NCBI GenBank assembly: GCA_965655095.1
Contig: OZ296652.1
Coordinates: 63,240,001-63,304,000 of the forward strand
DNA length: 64,000 nucleotides
Source: Haplodiscus bocki
Taxonomy: Eukaryota
Direction: 5' to 3'
Positions 50,645 to 64,000 of this stretch are shown piece by piece. How positions within the stretch are numbered: the first letter of the stretch is position 1; each line of letters begins with the position of its first letter. The position numbers were made by a program, and so were the translations under genes. Below the pieces are notes generated by a model. It made no database searches. It saw only the letters and a program-made list of their open reading frames with translations, and was not told the origin of the DNA.

Positions 50645-52530
50645 TATAATAGAACTATCCTTTAATAAACCATTGGATAAAAACCCCCACCATTTTGAAG
50701 TTATATTCTTATACATACTTATATACTAATATATAAATATATATAAAATCTTACAAATATTTATGTACTTATGCGCAAAATCCATACAAATATCGAAGAA
50801 GCTTGTATCATGAAGGAAAGGTCATAGACAAATGTTTACAATGCGCAACTTATCTGCAGTCTTATACTCAAATTTGATTGGTCAAAGGCAAGTAATCGTA
50901 TCAACTGCTGACCAACCAAAAGCGCTGCTAGAACCTGGTCAAAATTGGTCACTGGGACCTAATTTTGACCATTTTGCTCAAAGCGAGTGGTCGTTTTCAA
51001 ACAAAAGGCGAAATACGGCCAAATGAAATCAGAAAGCCAATGTATGAACAGACATAATTAAAAAATATTGCTATATACTTATATAAACATATAATTATCT
51101 GAATATGTGATATAAAATCATTTAGTGCTAATAATTATTAAATCCTGAGTGAGAAATATCATCTGGTCAAAAGACGGTCATAGTGCCCTCTTTTGACCAC
51201 TACATATTAACCTACAGTTAAAACCTGTGCAAGAAACTTAATACCAATACTCTTGCCATATTTAGCATATTAAAACTATATTTAACCATCCATTATATGA
51301 AACACGCATGTAAACATGATTTTAATATCCCTGAACATTTATCCAGTTTCCATGACCATATTTTTGGTGGTCATGGTTTTGCGGCATATATTCTTTGATG
51401 TTGTTTATATTACTATTTTTAAAACTGACGTCATGATGATGAAATATATATTCCGGGCTAAACCTCTTTAATGTTGTTTATATTACTATTTTTAAAACTG
51501 ATGTCATGATGATGAAATACATAGTTCGGGTTGAACCCCCTTTGATGTTTAATATAAATAGAACCCGAGGACATGACGTCAAAGAAGTGGTCCTCCCAAT
51601 TGGCTGGCGAAGATGAAGGAAAAGAGACGAATCTGAAGGAGAAATCATCAGAGGAGGATATTCGATCCTGAAAAACAGTTCACTATTGAGGAGAAGAAAA
51701 ACTGCCCTCCTAAAAAACAGTCGATTATAATACTCTTTGAAACTGACATTATTCTTTGTCCCTGTTAAAATCCTTTACAAATTTTTAATTTGAAGTATTA
51801 TTTCACTTTTGTGTCACTATTAATTTTCGCTGCTATTACAATTCAGTTATTAAAACAAACATGGTTTCTACTCGTAAGAAAAGACAGTCAAACAAAAGAC
51901 TCCTCAACCAATTAGATGACTTCGATCAGGATGTGATAATTGGCAACACTGCAAGCGAGAGACAAGAAAACGTTGTGGTCAATGAGGGTAATAATGACCA
52001 GGATTTTACCGTTGGTACTTCTAATGTTAGTTCGATTATCAATGAAAATGTGTTGAATGTGAAAACTTTAGAAAGGTGTTTTAATGAAAGAATTGATAGG
52101 GAAATGGAAAATATTGTTGAAACAGTTGAAGATAGGATACAGAGTGCAATTTTGACCGCCATCGATAACATTGTTGGTCCTAAAATTGACTTAGCGATCA
52201 GGTCAATAAATGCATCCTCTGGACGGGATGTGGCTAGTATGTCTGCAAACTCAGAACGTAGGGAGCATACGGGAATCAATGCCTCTTTTGAAAACGCATC
52301 TGAAAACAACAACACATTAGGTGTAACAAATATAAATGATGAGGCTCGACGCAACTCCCAAGACGCGGTAAGTGAATTGTCGGTCCCGGGAACACAATTT
52401 GACCGACAATCACACATTCATCACGTGGTCACAGGAGTTAAAGAACGCCACACCATGCTGGCAGGAGGTTCAGAACAGATTTATAACCCTCATCACATGA
52501 TGACAAAACCTAGTAACGAGACCCATCACA
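50546..52530 (+). repeat. Element A 3' LTR (1,985 bp)
   Basis: Near-identical to 36263-38249; followed directly by the TSD TTGCG. Confidence 0.97.
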
Positions 52531-52538
52531 TTGCGTAA
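51861..52538 (+). CDS. LTR-encoded copy of the Gag N-terminus (225 aa), terminating in flanking DNA
   Basis: Identical to Gag residues 1-223 except E/K at one site; reads through the LTR end and TSD to a TAA at 52536-52538. Expression is unknown. Confidence 0.6.
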   Translation: MVSTRKKRQSNKRLLNQLDDFDQDVIIGNTASERQENVVVNEGNNDQDFTVGTSNVSSIINENVLNVKTLERCFNERIDREMENIVETVEDRIQSAILTAIDNIVGPKIDLAIRSINASSGRDVASMSANSERREHTGINASFENASENNNTLGVTNINDEARRNSQDAVSELSVPGTQFDRQSHIHHVVTGVKERHTMLAGGSEQIYNPHHMMTKPSNETHHIA

Positions 52539-52599
52539 CACTCGAAAGCAACTAATAATCACAAACTAAGATCGAAATAAAAAATTGAGCCAAGATAAC

Positions 52600-53565
52600 T
52601 GTCGCGACACACTTGCGAAGCCTGCGGTGAACCCCTCCCTGAAGAAAAGACACCGTAAGACTCAGAATGAGACTGAAGTTTTCAAATTATTTTAAAAACA
52701 CTTATCTTAATTCGCGTTCAAATTACATGTAAATTGATCAGTATCATATAGGGATCACCGTAGTGAACTGATCCAGGCTGGGACGGAACCGTTACGGAAC
52801 AAACGGATATTCACATACCTTTCAAACATCTGCTGTTTTTATATATTTTTTCTTTAATACAAATCCACCTTCTAAGTTTAAATTGACTTGACTGGCTGTA
52901 GGAAGTGCTGAATTCCACTTTATGTACTTTATGTGCAGTTTATAAGACTAGAGCTAAATAACAGTTGTAGTTTAAACAGCTTGAAAGACTCTAGGATTGA
53001 AAATTTCTTCCGTACGTTATCCACCGTTACTAACCTGGTGATGCCACAATCATTCCGAGCACTAAGCTGTGCTGTAATGCTATACTAAAGACGGAATGAA
53101 TCGGCGTTTGCTCCTTCTTTACGCTCAGTTTGACTGACCTGACTGCCACTACTTACGAATGCGGAGATGATTCGGAGCACATTAGTTGCTACTCGCCTGA
53201 TTAAGGAGTAAACTAGTAGTGCTACTAGTTTCTCCTCATTTTTGAAGACAAATCATAATGAACTAAGTAATTTGAACGAATGTTGATTTGGACATGAAAT
53301 ACCATGGTTATTTTATTTAATTAGTATCATTTCTAATTTTCTCTAAATGTTGCCTGAATCTAGTTTAAAAATTCATTTCCCCACTTGGAGAATTATTCAA
53401 TTTTGTCCTCTAAGAATGGCCCAAAATTTTTTTGTGAATATTATGTCGGCGCGGGAATAAACACTTTGATGTCCATTTCCGACAGATTAAGTCCGTACGT
53501 TTTCTGTCATGAGATAGAGAAGACGCATCCCATGAGGGGAGAAATGGATGGAACGGTGTTTATTG
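52600..53565 (+). repeat. 3'-truncated LTR of the element B subfamily
   Basis: TGTCGCGACACACTTGCGAAGCCTGCGG... is collinear with 15124-16070 (shared GACTCAGAAT, GAACTGATC...CTGGGACGGAA, GACTCTAGGA, GCGCGGGAATAA.CACTTTGATGTCCA). Confidence 0.8.
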
Positions 53566-55249
53566 TAATACATACCCACTTTAGAGAAGATGTTCCTGAA
53601 ATATTATTGGACAGAAAAAGATTGAGTGTAAATTCTTCATTTATTACTGATGCAGATGTTTGTAATAGAGGTAACAAGGTAGACTTTAATTTTTATTCAA
53701 GTAGAGATTGGCTTCTTTTCTCTAAATTTAAAAGCGTAAGCAAGTCAGGACAAAGCAAAGAGCAAGGTTTCGTCTTAGTAACAAACCTAGCGACGAAAAC
53801 GAAGATATCTTCTCAAAAACTGACAGACCAAGCTTTGAAAGTTGTCCATACTCGTCAAAGTTTTCTACTTTCATTCTCAGAACGTTTTTCTTTTCCTTGT
53901 CCAACTATATTAACTTTCTCCTGTCTCTCTTGTATTTTTAGACGTGTTTTCATAAAAAGTTCAAAAACAAACAAAAACTTTTTTCTCCATTTTTGTTTTT
54001 TTTTGTTTACTTTAAACTTTATAATTGTTTCGACTCTAAATTTCCAGAGGCCTTTTGACTACCGATTCCGACAGTTGTTTCGGCTTTAAACTTGGCCATC
54101 CATCTACGTTTTTGTTCACTGTCAATGTTAGTAACTACATCCTGCCTAAACTGTCAGTCTATTCTATTCTAATCCGTGCACTAAACTTTAAGTTCTGTTG
54201 CTACGGCAGCATTATTTTTGCCAGTTTGTTCACACTTCTTTTCTTTTATCATCATCATCATCATAATTTCCTCTCCCTCAATCAAAATTTACATGTTTTA
54301 CCACTAAAATCAAAAAAGTTTATCTCTGATGTTTTATATTTCTTACCTCTGCATATCTCCCAAATACAGTTCGTTCTGTATTAACTGCATTTTCTTCCAT
54401 TAGCAACCTTTTTCTTCAGTCTCTGACATTTTTTTTCACTATTCATTGAAAGTTTTTCATTCATACAACTCTGATACTGCGGTATTCTTTTCTTTCCTGT
54501 AGTAATTTTTTTCGTTTGTGTGTACTTTTCGACTTTTTGATACCTTATTTTTCCGTCACCAACATTTAAGACTTCGAATCAGACCATGAAGAGTCTTTTG
54601 CACAGCGACTTTGGATTCGTTATGTTGCTGATTGTTAAAGTGGTTGTCTAGGACTTAGTTAGGAAATATTTTTCACTAAAGAGTTTTCGTAGATAGTACT
54701 GAACTTTGTTCTGCCAATCAATCTTCTCTGGTTTTTTAAAACGCAAAGTAAACTTTCTTGTCTTCTAAAACGTAGAACTTAAGTACTGAAAATCCTTCTC
54801 AAAAACTATATCAACCACAAACCACTCCTGTTATACAAACCAGATTGATAGTTCCGCAAGTTTTTCTTCGACATCTTCTGTACTTACAGTGAATCCAATA
54901 AACCCTTCTCCTCTAAATTCATAAATTTATACTGTACTTTTTGCTGCATTGAGCAAATTTGTAGAAACTTTTGATGGATTTGATCATCAATATACTCCTG
55001 AAAAGTATATATAACAAAGTGATACACACATGGTTTAGACTATGGGAGAACAACTTCTGGATTTCGTAGACCATAATCAATGGCACAAAAAGTTGAATAT
55101 ATATAATGCTATGTATCTGGAATTGCTTGTTTTATGCTGGGGTTCACTACTTTATGAAAGTTACTGAAAAGATTGGTCTGCTTCCGTACCTTTTATAATA
55201 GACATCTTTTTGCCAAGTATTTGAACTTGCAGCCCAAGCTTGAACGAAA

Positions 55250-58200
55250 AAAACTTGAAAACGTATGCCATTACAGGCCGAAAGTTCAAATAATTACTCG
55301 AAAAAGGGTGGTATAAGGAATCTGCTGCAACACTTGAACTCAACTGTAATGCAATTTTCACTCGAGGATCACCAAAATACTGAAAAATTTTGCTCATAAA
55401 CGTCAAATCAAACAGTCATTCACTCTTTTGGAAACTTTTTTCCTATCCATAATTTGGTTAAATTTGTTGACGCTGAAGACATTACGAATGAAAAAATCGT
55501 ACTCTTTACTTAACACTGGAATATATTAATGTAGCATCTGAAAAGCTGTCTCCCGAAAATTACGAATCAAATACTAAAATTCTCTCGACAAAGACGAACG
55601 CTCCGAATGACAAAAGTGAGCCTCAGTTTCAAGAAAACTCAAATTTTTGTCATAAGGACAATCATCCCGTTTCCAACTGTTTCTGAGTAAAACGAGGAGC
55701 CAAAAAAACAAAAGTCTGATTTTTGATCGAATTTGCCTGTAAAATCATCTAATCTGTATTCCAAAGCATATGAAAATCAGATTCATCCGCACGAATGCTC
55801 TTCCTCCCATTTCTCACGCAGTTGCAGAAAATTGTTTATTCCCCATTAAAATTATTCCCCCAGAGAAATAACTATTCCCCACATCGATCGTCTCGTTTTA
55901 TATTACCTTCAATTGCACAATCACGTGATAATTATCAGTTTCAATATCGTTATCATAATGAAAATGTCATTTCCGAACGAACTCCATCATGTTTGTGACA
56001 TATTGAACTTTATAAACAACAAAAAGACTCTAGGTAATCTTCTTCTTCTTCTTCAAGAAAAAATCTTTACCGTCCTTTCTCTGAACATAACTGTGTAAAT
56101 TGACATTTTTTTAGAAATCACAGGTCTTCGTTCGACTTCCATGAAGACGACGTTCAATATCTTCAACTGCATCAAGCATATTTTTTGATGCTTTAGAACC
56201 AATTTCTTCTGACATATTTAGTCACTATTCTGTAAACCCTTCAAAGTCATGAGAGAAATTTGAAGTCATTATGTATACCACAAAAATGACAAAAACCATA
56301 TCTCCAAAATGCTGGTTTTATACCTGTACAGTCAATCCCAAAACGAAGCTGATTCCAAATTACCTTCACGACTTCAAATCGTTTTTCTACTGGTTCGCAG
56401 TGCATGCATTTTCGCACTTAATTCTGGAACGCATAGGATATTTACTCAAAAGTTCAATGTCGGTGATCGAACTTTTTATGATACATCAGAAGCGTTAACC
56501 ATCGCAAATCAACCTGAAGTTCCAAAATCTTAATATTTTTCTGTAACTTGTTTTTGATCAATTGAAAAAAAGTTTATTGTACTTGTTAATTCCTTTCTTC
56601 CTTTCGTTTTGGCTAATACTAAATATTTTGTTCTCGTAATACCATTTTCTGAAAAAAGCCTGCAAAGAATCATAGTTCAAGTATTCACTATTAATATCAA
56701 ACATTCAATTAAAGATCAACCCGAACATGATTCTTCTACTATACTGTTTGGGAAGAAATTTCCTCTCTTATCCTCTATTTATTAATTCAATGTAAAAAAC
56801 CAACCTATTTCAAACCCAAGATTGTAAGCAATTTGTTTTTTCTACTGAAAAATTGAAAAAACTTTTTTGCTCACAACTGAAAATAATGAACCAATTCTCG
56901 CTGATTTGCCCCGAAAACTTTTTCCATTGAAACTGAAACAATATTTACCTTTTATGGGGAAATAACCAGAAAATCTGAAGATTGCTATTCAGTATTAGAT
57001 GAAAAGAATACAATAAACATGCCTACTTATCTAACACGAACAATGGGTGAAATTGAAAATCCTGTCACAACTAAAATGACCCTTTCGTTTAATCATGCCT
57101 ACTATCCAGACATAACTGAAGCAAACATTGTTTCTTATCAAGATCTGATACAAACGAACAATTTCTTTTAATTGAAAAATTTAGGCTTTCTTAAGAAAAC
57201 ACTTGAATAATATTTCTCTCTGTAATGTACAACCGTCTCTAAAATTGGCTCTGCGGATATTCCCGGCTTAATCATACTGCAAAGAAAAATTAAAATTTCT
57301 GTACAAATTTCATTTTCAACACCCTGTTCTCAAGGCTTCTGAGTACATATAACTCTGCAGAATTCTCGTTGAGAACAACAACTGTTATGCTTTACTTGGT
57401 ACAGGTTTTGGAAAATATCTACTCCAATTCGGACTAGAATGAGAACTGATGCTCAGCTTGAAACACAAAGAGCTACAAAAGTCCCCTTTTTACTGAGCAA
57501 AACTGAACTTTTTATCGATTGATAAGCAAAAAATTAGTGATATTAAACGAATCGGTTCAACACCTCGTGAAAAACCAACTTATGAAACTAGCATTCGGAG
57601 TCCATCGATCATTTTAAAAAAAGTTTCGCCTGAAAATGTTTTGTTTGCTAGACTTCCAATCCCACTTACGGACCAACTATCTAAATCCTGGCCACTGGTA
57701 GCTTTAGGAGTGTGCTTTGCTGGTGCTGAGAAGAAATATAAATCTGCAATTGACCGTATTTATGCATATGAACGAATAACATTAAATCACGAAACTACTG
57801 AACTAACTGTATTTTTATCTGTTGAAAAGCTTTATTCTTTCAATGGGAGGTTTATGCAGCCCTATGTTTGTTTTATGGGCTCAAAGATGTCAAATTTTAA
57901 ATCACACATGCTGAAACTCATCCAACAGCTTCTCACTATCGCTAAAATAAAGAAATCTGGTAATAGCTCCAAAAAACCCTTCTTCATGCTTCTCACTGTG
58001 GAAAAACTTAGTCATGAAATTAGTTTCATTACAGCTAAACTACCTCAATCCAAAGTGACTGCAACTACAATCTTCAAAATTCCGTCTCTAACTACAAAAC
58101 TTGAACTGATTATGTTCATCGGCCCAATGAAATTCTCTTCTGTTTTTTTTTGGTAAATTTCTTGTTAATATGCAGCCTTTGCTTGATTTACTTCAAAATT

Positions 58201-59900
58201 TTGTTCAATTCACTGGAAAATTGATTTGGAAGCGTTTAATAAACGAAAAAAGTATGTATCACAAAAGCTGTTACTCTGATTTTACATAACACAAATCATC
58301 CATTCTTTAATACTAAGGATTCTTCCATCATTGGTATAGGGTGTGTCCTGTTCTAAATGATTATAAAAAATACACTGGCTGTTTTTCAAACATTTCTCCT
58401 GTTTTTTCAACTAATGAATAGGAACTCTGTTCTACTTATCGAGAATTTACAGGAAACGTATTTTCATTATAAATATATGACCATATTGTTATTGGAGTTG
58501 ATCTTTTGATTCATGTTTTGAATGATCACAAACCAATTCATAACTGTTTACCAGGAAAAGAAACCTGTATCCAATAATTCATAGTGCACAAATACAACTG
58601 ACCAAATTTCAAAACAAACTGCTTTTCATTGATCAAAGAAAAAACCTCTCCGTGGCTGATATATTAGGCCGTCCTATTACCCGAGAAGAACTGCAACTGA
58701 AGCAATTCAAACAAACCCGATTACGCTCACAAATTAATTTACAACACTGATTCACGTTAATCAAATACAACTTGTTCAATTTTTAGCTGAACATGAAAAT
58801 GCACTTGCTTCACAAAAAGATGATTGCCATCCGGTTTCAGCTAACTTCGGAAACGATCGATTCTCTCTTCGTATTAAGGATAAAGGAGCAACATAAGTTA
58901 ATGAAGCACTGGTTTCGTTCTCGTTTGATGCTCCGAAAACCTTCCAAAATCAACATAAAATTCAATCAGGAAAAATATCAAAACGTTGAGACAACAATCT
59001 GCCAGTTTAAAGGACACTGATTTCACTGATATTGATGCTCCGATTGAGACAACACTTCCACAAGATCAAAGTTCAATTCAACTTGATTTATCTTTTAGAA
59101 TAAAGTTAATTATGAGCAAACAACCACAATTTCGCTGAATATTAATCCATCTCTCTTTCAAAAACGTAAAGACTCTGAAGACTAAAATCTGACAACGCAA
59201 ACCGTCCGTGGAACATCTCCATCTGTAATGAAGCAATCACTTACTTCTACGATCCGTCCTTTTTCAAACACATGTCTCAACTCAATGAAGATTCTTCAAC
59301 TCCATTTTCTTCATCGGGTGTACACGCAATACCAGAAACTCGAAAAAAGGTCCGGTTGGAAAAACAACAGTGAATCAATGGGTCAATTAAAGATCACATC
59401 CTTTGACGAAAACACCTATTACCACTGCTAGTCCATTCTCGTCAGGAACTTACAAAAAAGTTCCCAACCTGGTTTTCGATGAACAAAACATACTGGATTG
59501 ATCACCAACGAAACTAACATCTATAAAGTAATGATAAAGTCTCACAGTATACAGTCGATAATCCTTTCAATCTTTATTCTCATCCATTCTCACGTACTTG
59601 CCACTGACTTGACTTTGTTCCACTATGCTTTTGATAAAGTTCATGAACTTTCCCATGCTGGTCTGAATATTGATCACTTTGATTCTAAGCAACAATAGCT
59701 TTTTTCATTTCTGCAAACAGAGCTATCTTTTTTCTTTCATGAATGTTCTTGATTGCCAAATAAATAAACATTTCATGAAACAACATAAAGCTGCAACCTT
59801 GCAAACTTCGAAACTGTTTTTAACCATTAACCTCTAAGGATACCAAAAGTCCACTGTACTCTACTTCTTGAAGAAAATCATTACGATTACGTACAATTTG
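55250..59900 (+). mobile_element. Third, heavily decayed Ty3/Gypsy element (gag-PR-RT-RH-IN remnants), different family
   Basis: In order: knuckle-like FCHKDNHPVSNC (~55645), protease-like FLLVRSACIFALN (~56385), RT-like VLFARL...SAIDRIYAY (57640-57770), RH-like IGIGCVLF, NDHKPI, SVADILGR, and IN-like VHELSHAG (~59640). No LTRs recognised. Confidence 0.65.
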
Positions 59901-60149
59901 ATCTTATAATTTTCCGTCGAAAAGTTTTTTCAGAGAGGAAAATCTTCAATTCAATAATCAACGTTTTTTCTAATTCTTACATAACTGAAATAAACTGTTG
60001 TTTTTCAATACTTTTGTTGAGAAAAAATTTTCGATTTTTTTTTGAGAAAAATACAAAAAAAGTTTCTATGTGATAAGTTTGTTAAAAAGTCCGTCAAGGT
60101 TTTTTTTTATAAAACTTGAAAAATGTTCAAATTTTGCCAGTTTTTTCTA

Positions 60150-61700
60150 TTAGATTCTTATTATCTTAATTTATCCAAAAACAAAAATTGCATGGTTTTT
60201 TTCTGAAAGATTCCTGTTTCAGCGCATTTGCCTGTGATACAGACATTGAGATAATGCCAAAGAGCCCGATTGGTACTGAACTTCCTTGAATTTGAAGCTC
60301 ACTTTTCTGCAAAAACACAGGTTTATTTTTTATTTTTAGGTTCCAGTCGGATGCTTTCAACTCGCGTTGAACTGTTTTATTGGACAAGAATAGTCCATTG
60401 TGTTCCTTTCTTGCATCAAAATTCTGATAGTCATCCACTTTTCTTTTGTGGAGGTGAATTCAATATACAAATCTTTTGTTTTGATCCATGCGGCTGGTTC
60501 GTGACAGTCCAATTATTCCAATAAGTGCTTTCTGTATTGATATCGATCGATATTTGAACTTTTAATTCTTAAGCACTACAAGATCGATTTCCTCAGTCAA
60601 GATCTCAATCAAAAACACAGCACTTGTAGACGAGCATTCAACTCAAAAATCATTGTTTCTCTTTTTTTTTTCATCAGTATCCTCATAGTTCGAAACTTCC
60701 GAAGAAAACATATTAATTTCATTTTTTCTTGCTATTCAAATTCATTTTTGACCAAAACCACAGGCTTTATCCCTTCGATCAGGGTCGGCACAGAAAAAAA
60801 TATAGTTGTAGAGAGGTTTTGGAATGGAGAAGTGTAGACTTGTGTTCCTTGCATCAGTGTCTTGACAGTCCAATACTTCCATGCTGTGCAACTTCTTTTG
60901 TTTCACTCGATTTTCAAACTTCTATTCTTACAAACTCACAATCCTCCATCATGACTTTAGTCTAAAAATTAACACCTGTAGAGGAGTATTGAGGTGGAAA
61001 ACTGTGAAGTTTGTTTGTTGCCTCAGAGTCCGGATAGACAAGAATTTGGAAAAAAAACTACTATCAATTGTTTTCTCGACATTCAAGCTCAGCTTGCCTT
61101 GTCACCCAGAACTCAGTCGTCATTTCTTTTATCAAAAATTCATTGAAAAGCCTTTTACTTGTAAGAACATTCTCGATTGGAACATTGTCATTTTTTTTCC
61201 TGCCTTGGAAAACTGACGTTCAGATATTACAATTAATGCTGTTTATGGTGCATCATCTCGGTTTTGAAAAACCTAATTTTCCGTAAGGAGAGGCTTGGTA
61301 TGTCCCATCTTGGTCTCTGCTGAAAACTTGAAACCTGAGGAAATCTATTGAGAAATCAAACCATTGCTTTTTCCTCACATCAGAATCTTGACAGTCCGAA
61401 AATTCCGAAAAACGGTTTGACTTCTAATGTATCTCGGCATGCAAAGTCATCTTTGACAGCAACTACAAACATCTTGTCCGTCACCGAGGGCGCAATCAAA
61501 GGGTCTCCAGTTTTGATTTGTATGAGTGCTATTTAGTATCGGTGTCATGCAATTGACTTCTGATAGTCGAAGAAAAGTCAAGAAGTTTTTTCAATATGAA
61601 GTCTTCTCGATCTTCAAAGCCAAGTTTTTCCCATAACTACCAGTGAACATTTCAAAAGTTTATTGGAGTTGATGTATTCTTTTGAAGTCCTAATCTAATG
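60150..61700 (-). pseudogene. Possible second decayed Polinton-type DNA polymerase fragment
   Basis: Only weak, broken resemblances (QLYFFLCRP near 60800, PVFLQKS near 60310). Tentative. Confidence 0.2.
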
Positions 61701-64000
61701 CTTCCTATGTGAGTTTGAAATTTTGATTAAGAAATCATTGAATTTGTACTCCCCTGTGGAATCATGATGGACCAGATTTGGCAGAAAATGCTCTTAGTAT
61801 TGGCACAACTTGGTATTCCAGCTTTACGTCTTCAACCCTACCTATTTCAATTCTTTCTATCAAGGTGTCAATCTTGATAAATTCATACCTGCAGCAAACT
61901 GTTCGTTTCTACGTATCCCAGAACATGATCTCTACATCGGATTGGAATCACGACACGACAGAATTGACAAAGGAGATTCAATTAAGACATACCCCGAAAT
62001 TCAAACTGTCCTTCTGGAAAACTACAGCTACAAATTCTTGTCTCAAGTTCTGAATCGACGCTTTCATACTACAGTGGGACACTTAGGCTGAAGAATTTCT
62101 GCTTTTATTACTTATCTTGGGTTGAATTCTTCCGTCAACATCTAAATCGATAATTTTTTTTCTCGCAAAGAGAGTTTTTTTTCGCAATCAAATGTTGTAT
62201 GTTCCATCTATCGTTCTATTCCATCATGACGAAAAATAACTCAGTGCGACTACCCCTTTTCTTTAGTATTTACATTGTCACTGTACCAACTCCAAAAAAA
62301 GGTTCATTATTCGATCCACTACTGGATATCAAGTTTTGGTCTTCCCCAATGTCTCATTACAGTTATAGGAGCCGGTTATCTGAAAAGAGAAAATGCAAAT
62401 TGCTGTACTATGTTTAATATGTGACACCCTCCAAGAATTTCACATGCTCCGTGGACAAATGGATTTGTTGGAGTACAAAATGAAAATCTTGGAGCCCATC
62501 TGATAATGTTTTATAATATACCCCTGAAAAATGGTCTTTACAAGTACCATTTTTTAGTTACGCTCAAAGTATTCAAACATTGCAACTTTTTAAATTTAAC
62601 CAAACGAAATTTTTTCTCACACGCAACCGCGTACGTATTCCACTGAATTTTCAGTTTAAATATTCCTCGCATTATATTTAGTGATTGCACTGCAACTTTT
62701 CGCTCCATTTCACCGCTTCATTCACATTAGCAATCCCTTGAATTAAATCCTCCATTTCACAGCTTTCTATTGAAATCAATTTCCACTTGGATTCTTGCCA
62801 TTGAAACAGCAATGCTGCAAATTTCTCTAGTTGTTATTTAAGAAGCACTGAAAAAGGTGAAATCTTCTGCTTATATAACAACCAACCAAATTTGATGAAC
62901 CATTACCATTAAGTGCTTTTGTTTGACATAAATTTTTCGAAGTTGTCCATTTTTGGATAACATGAAACCACTTTGTAATGGTTTTTCCAAAACTTTTAAC
63001 AAAGTTCACTTTCGGTTCTTTCTCAGAATACAACCCCAAGTACTGCAAGTAAAATCTTTTTGCATAGTTCTCATACCTCTCTGAATGACGAAATGGAAAC
63101 TCAAGAAGCATTTCGCATTGCTCTTTCAATTGACTGAAAAGTCTTGTCAAAAAATTCCCGAAAGAATAGAACTCAAAACCTGATTCTTCAAACTCCGTGA
63201 AAAAAAGTACAATGTTTTGATTGATCCTGCATCTTTAATTTCAAATGATAAACCTCCTACTCTGAAGCCATCAGAAAAGCCTGATTTACATCGAGATGAT
63301 TCTTTAACATAACAACTATCTCCAAAAAATAACATAATAAATCCCAATTAACTTCGCTGTATATGGCTTCAACACGGTACGAAATTCAATTTATTCAAAA
63401 TCGAAACAATGATCTTTATATTTTATTTGAAAGTAAGCAAATAGCTCCATATGAGTACTGGTCTCTCAATTTTGAAAATATCTCCTTTCTGCGGCCGTCT
63501 GTATTTGATCTACATACACATGATTCAAATCGTAATTTTCAGTCTGTTATTAAAAACGTGTACATCATCAAACATTTGAGCGTTTTTGGTTTAACTTTTC
63601 TCCCAGCTTTACAAAACAAATTGATACTTCAAATTGGAAAAACTACATAATCTTTTTCAATTCATTTTTTCTATATTCCGAAGCCTTCATACGCAATTGA
63701 TTCGCTGAGAAATTAGGCTCATCTGAACCAAAAATGTTTATTTACGCCAGGAACAATTTCCTCATAGACCTTTGATTTTTCTGCGAGAGTTCCTCTTCTC
63801 TACTAAGTCTTATCATATCGATCCGCACTGTATTCCAACCGAGGTTTCTCACCCATATCCACACTTATCAAACTTCTTGGTTATCCGTTAGACGACCAGG
63901 CTTTGAAAAAACATGATGTTTTTCCTTCACGCCACTATACTCATAGTTATTTACTCATTTTGAGTGCGCAAACAACAACTTTTGTTTCGAGGAAACAATA

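Larger units (their letters stand above)
36263..52530 (+). mobile_element. Element A: full-length Ty3/Gypsy LTR retrotransposon (16,268 bp) with accessory genes
   Basis: Direct terminal repeats 36263-38249 and 50546-52530 with TG...CA ends; 5-bp TSD TTGCG at 36258-36262 and 52531-52535; PBS; gag-pol with PR-RT-RH-IN order. Confidence 0.97.

Noticed and set aside
50546-52530. Tandem second element or assembly duplication, suggested by the repeated gag start
   Set aside because: The repeat has TG...CA ends, a perfect 5-bp TSD outside and a PBS after the first copy, and the copies differ at ~17 sites. It is a true LTR pair.
53385-54089. 234-aa ORF
   Set aside because: It spans the end of a truncated LTR and unrelated AT-rich decayed DNA, with low-complexity Phe-rich composition.

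Overview
Repeat-dense, AT-rich eukaryotic (probably animal) DNA with a 200-N assembly gap. I could not support any intact host gene. The centrepiece is a young, full-length 16.3-kb Ty3/Gypsy LTR retrotransposon ('element A', 36263-52530). It has ~1.99-kb LTRs that are ~99% identical by my manual count, TG...CA ends, a TTGCG target-site duplication, a PBS, and gag/-1 frameshift/pol in PR-RT-RH-IN order. Its architecture is unusual in four ways. (1) The first 223 codons of gag lie inside the LTR and the ORF reads through the PBS. (2) The LTR end holds an in-frame tandem array of degenerate LTR-end/PBS junctions. (3) Between pol and the 3' LTR there is an antisense four-exon gene with three phase-0 GT-AG introns, encoding a ~1,280-aa protein with a BED-like zinc finger and an apparently catalytically dead hAT-transposase-like body. 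(4) A divergently oriented sense ORF3 runs through the PPT position into the 3' LTR. An older, decayed and highly divergent relative ('element B', ~5423-16766) shows the same layout, including the first intron position, so this looks like a lineage-level system rather than a one-off capture. The rest of the window is decayed repeats: a BEL/Pao-like gag fragment, two MITE-like elements, Polinton/Maverick-like remnants (PolB, integrase, protease), a partial sister LTR and a third degenerate Gypsy element. All family assignments come from motif recognition by eye; no database search was run.
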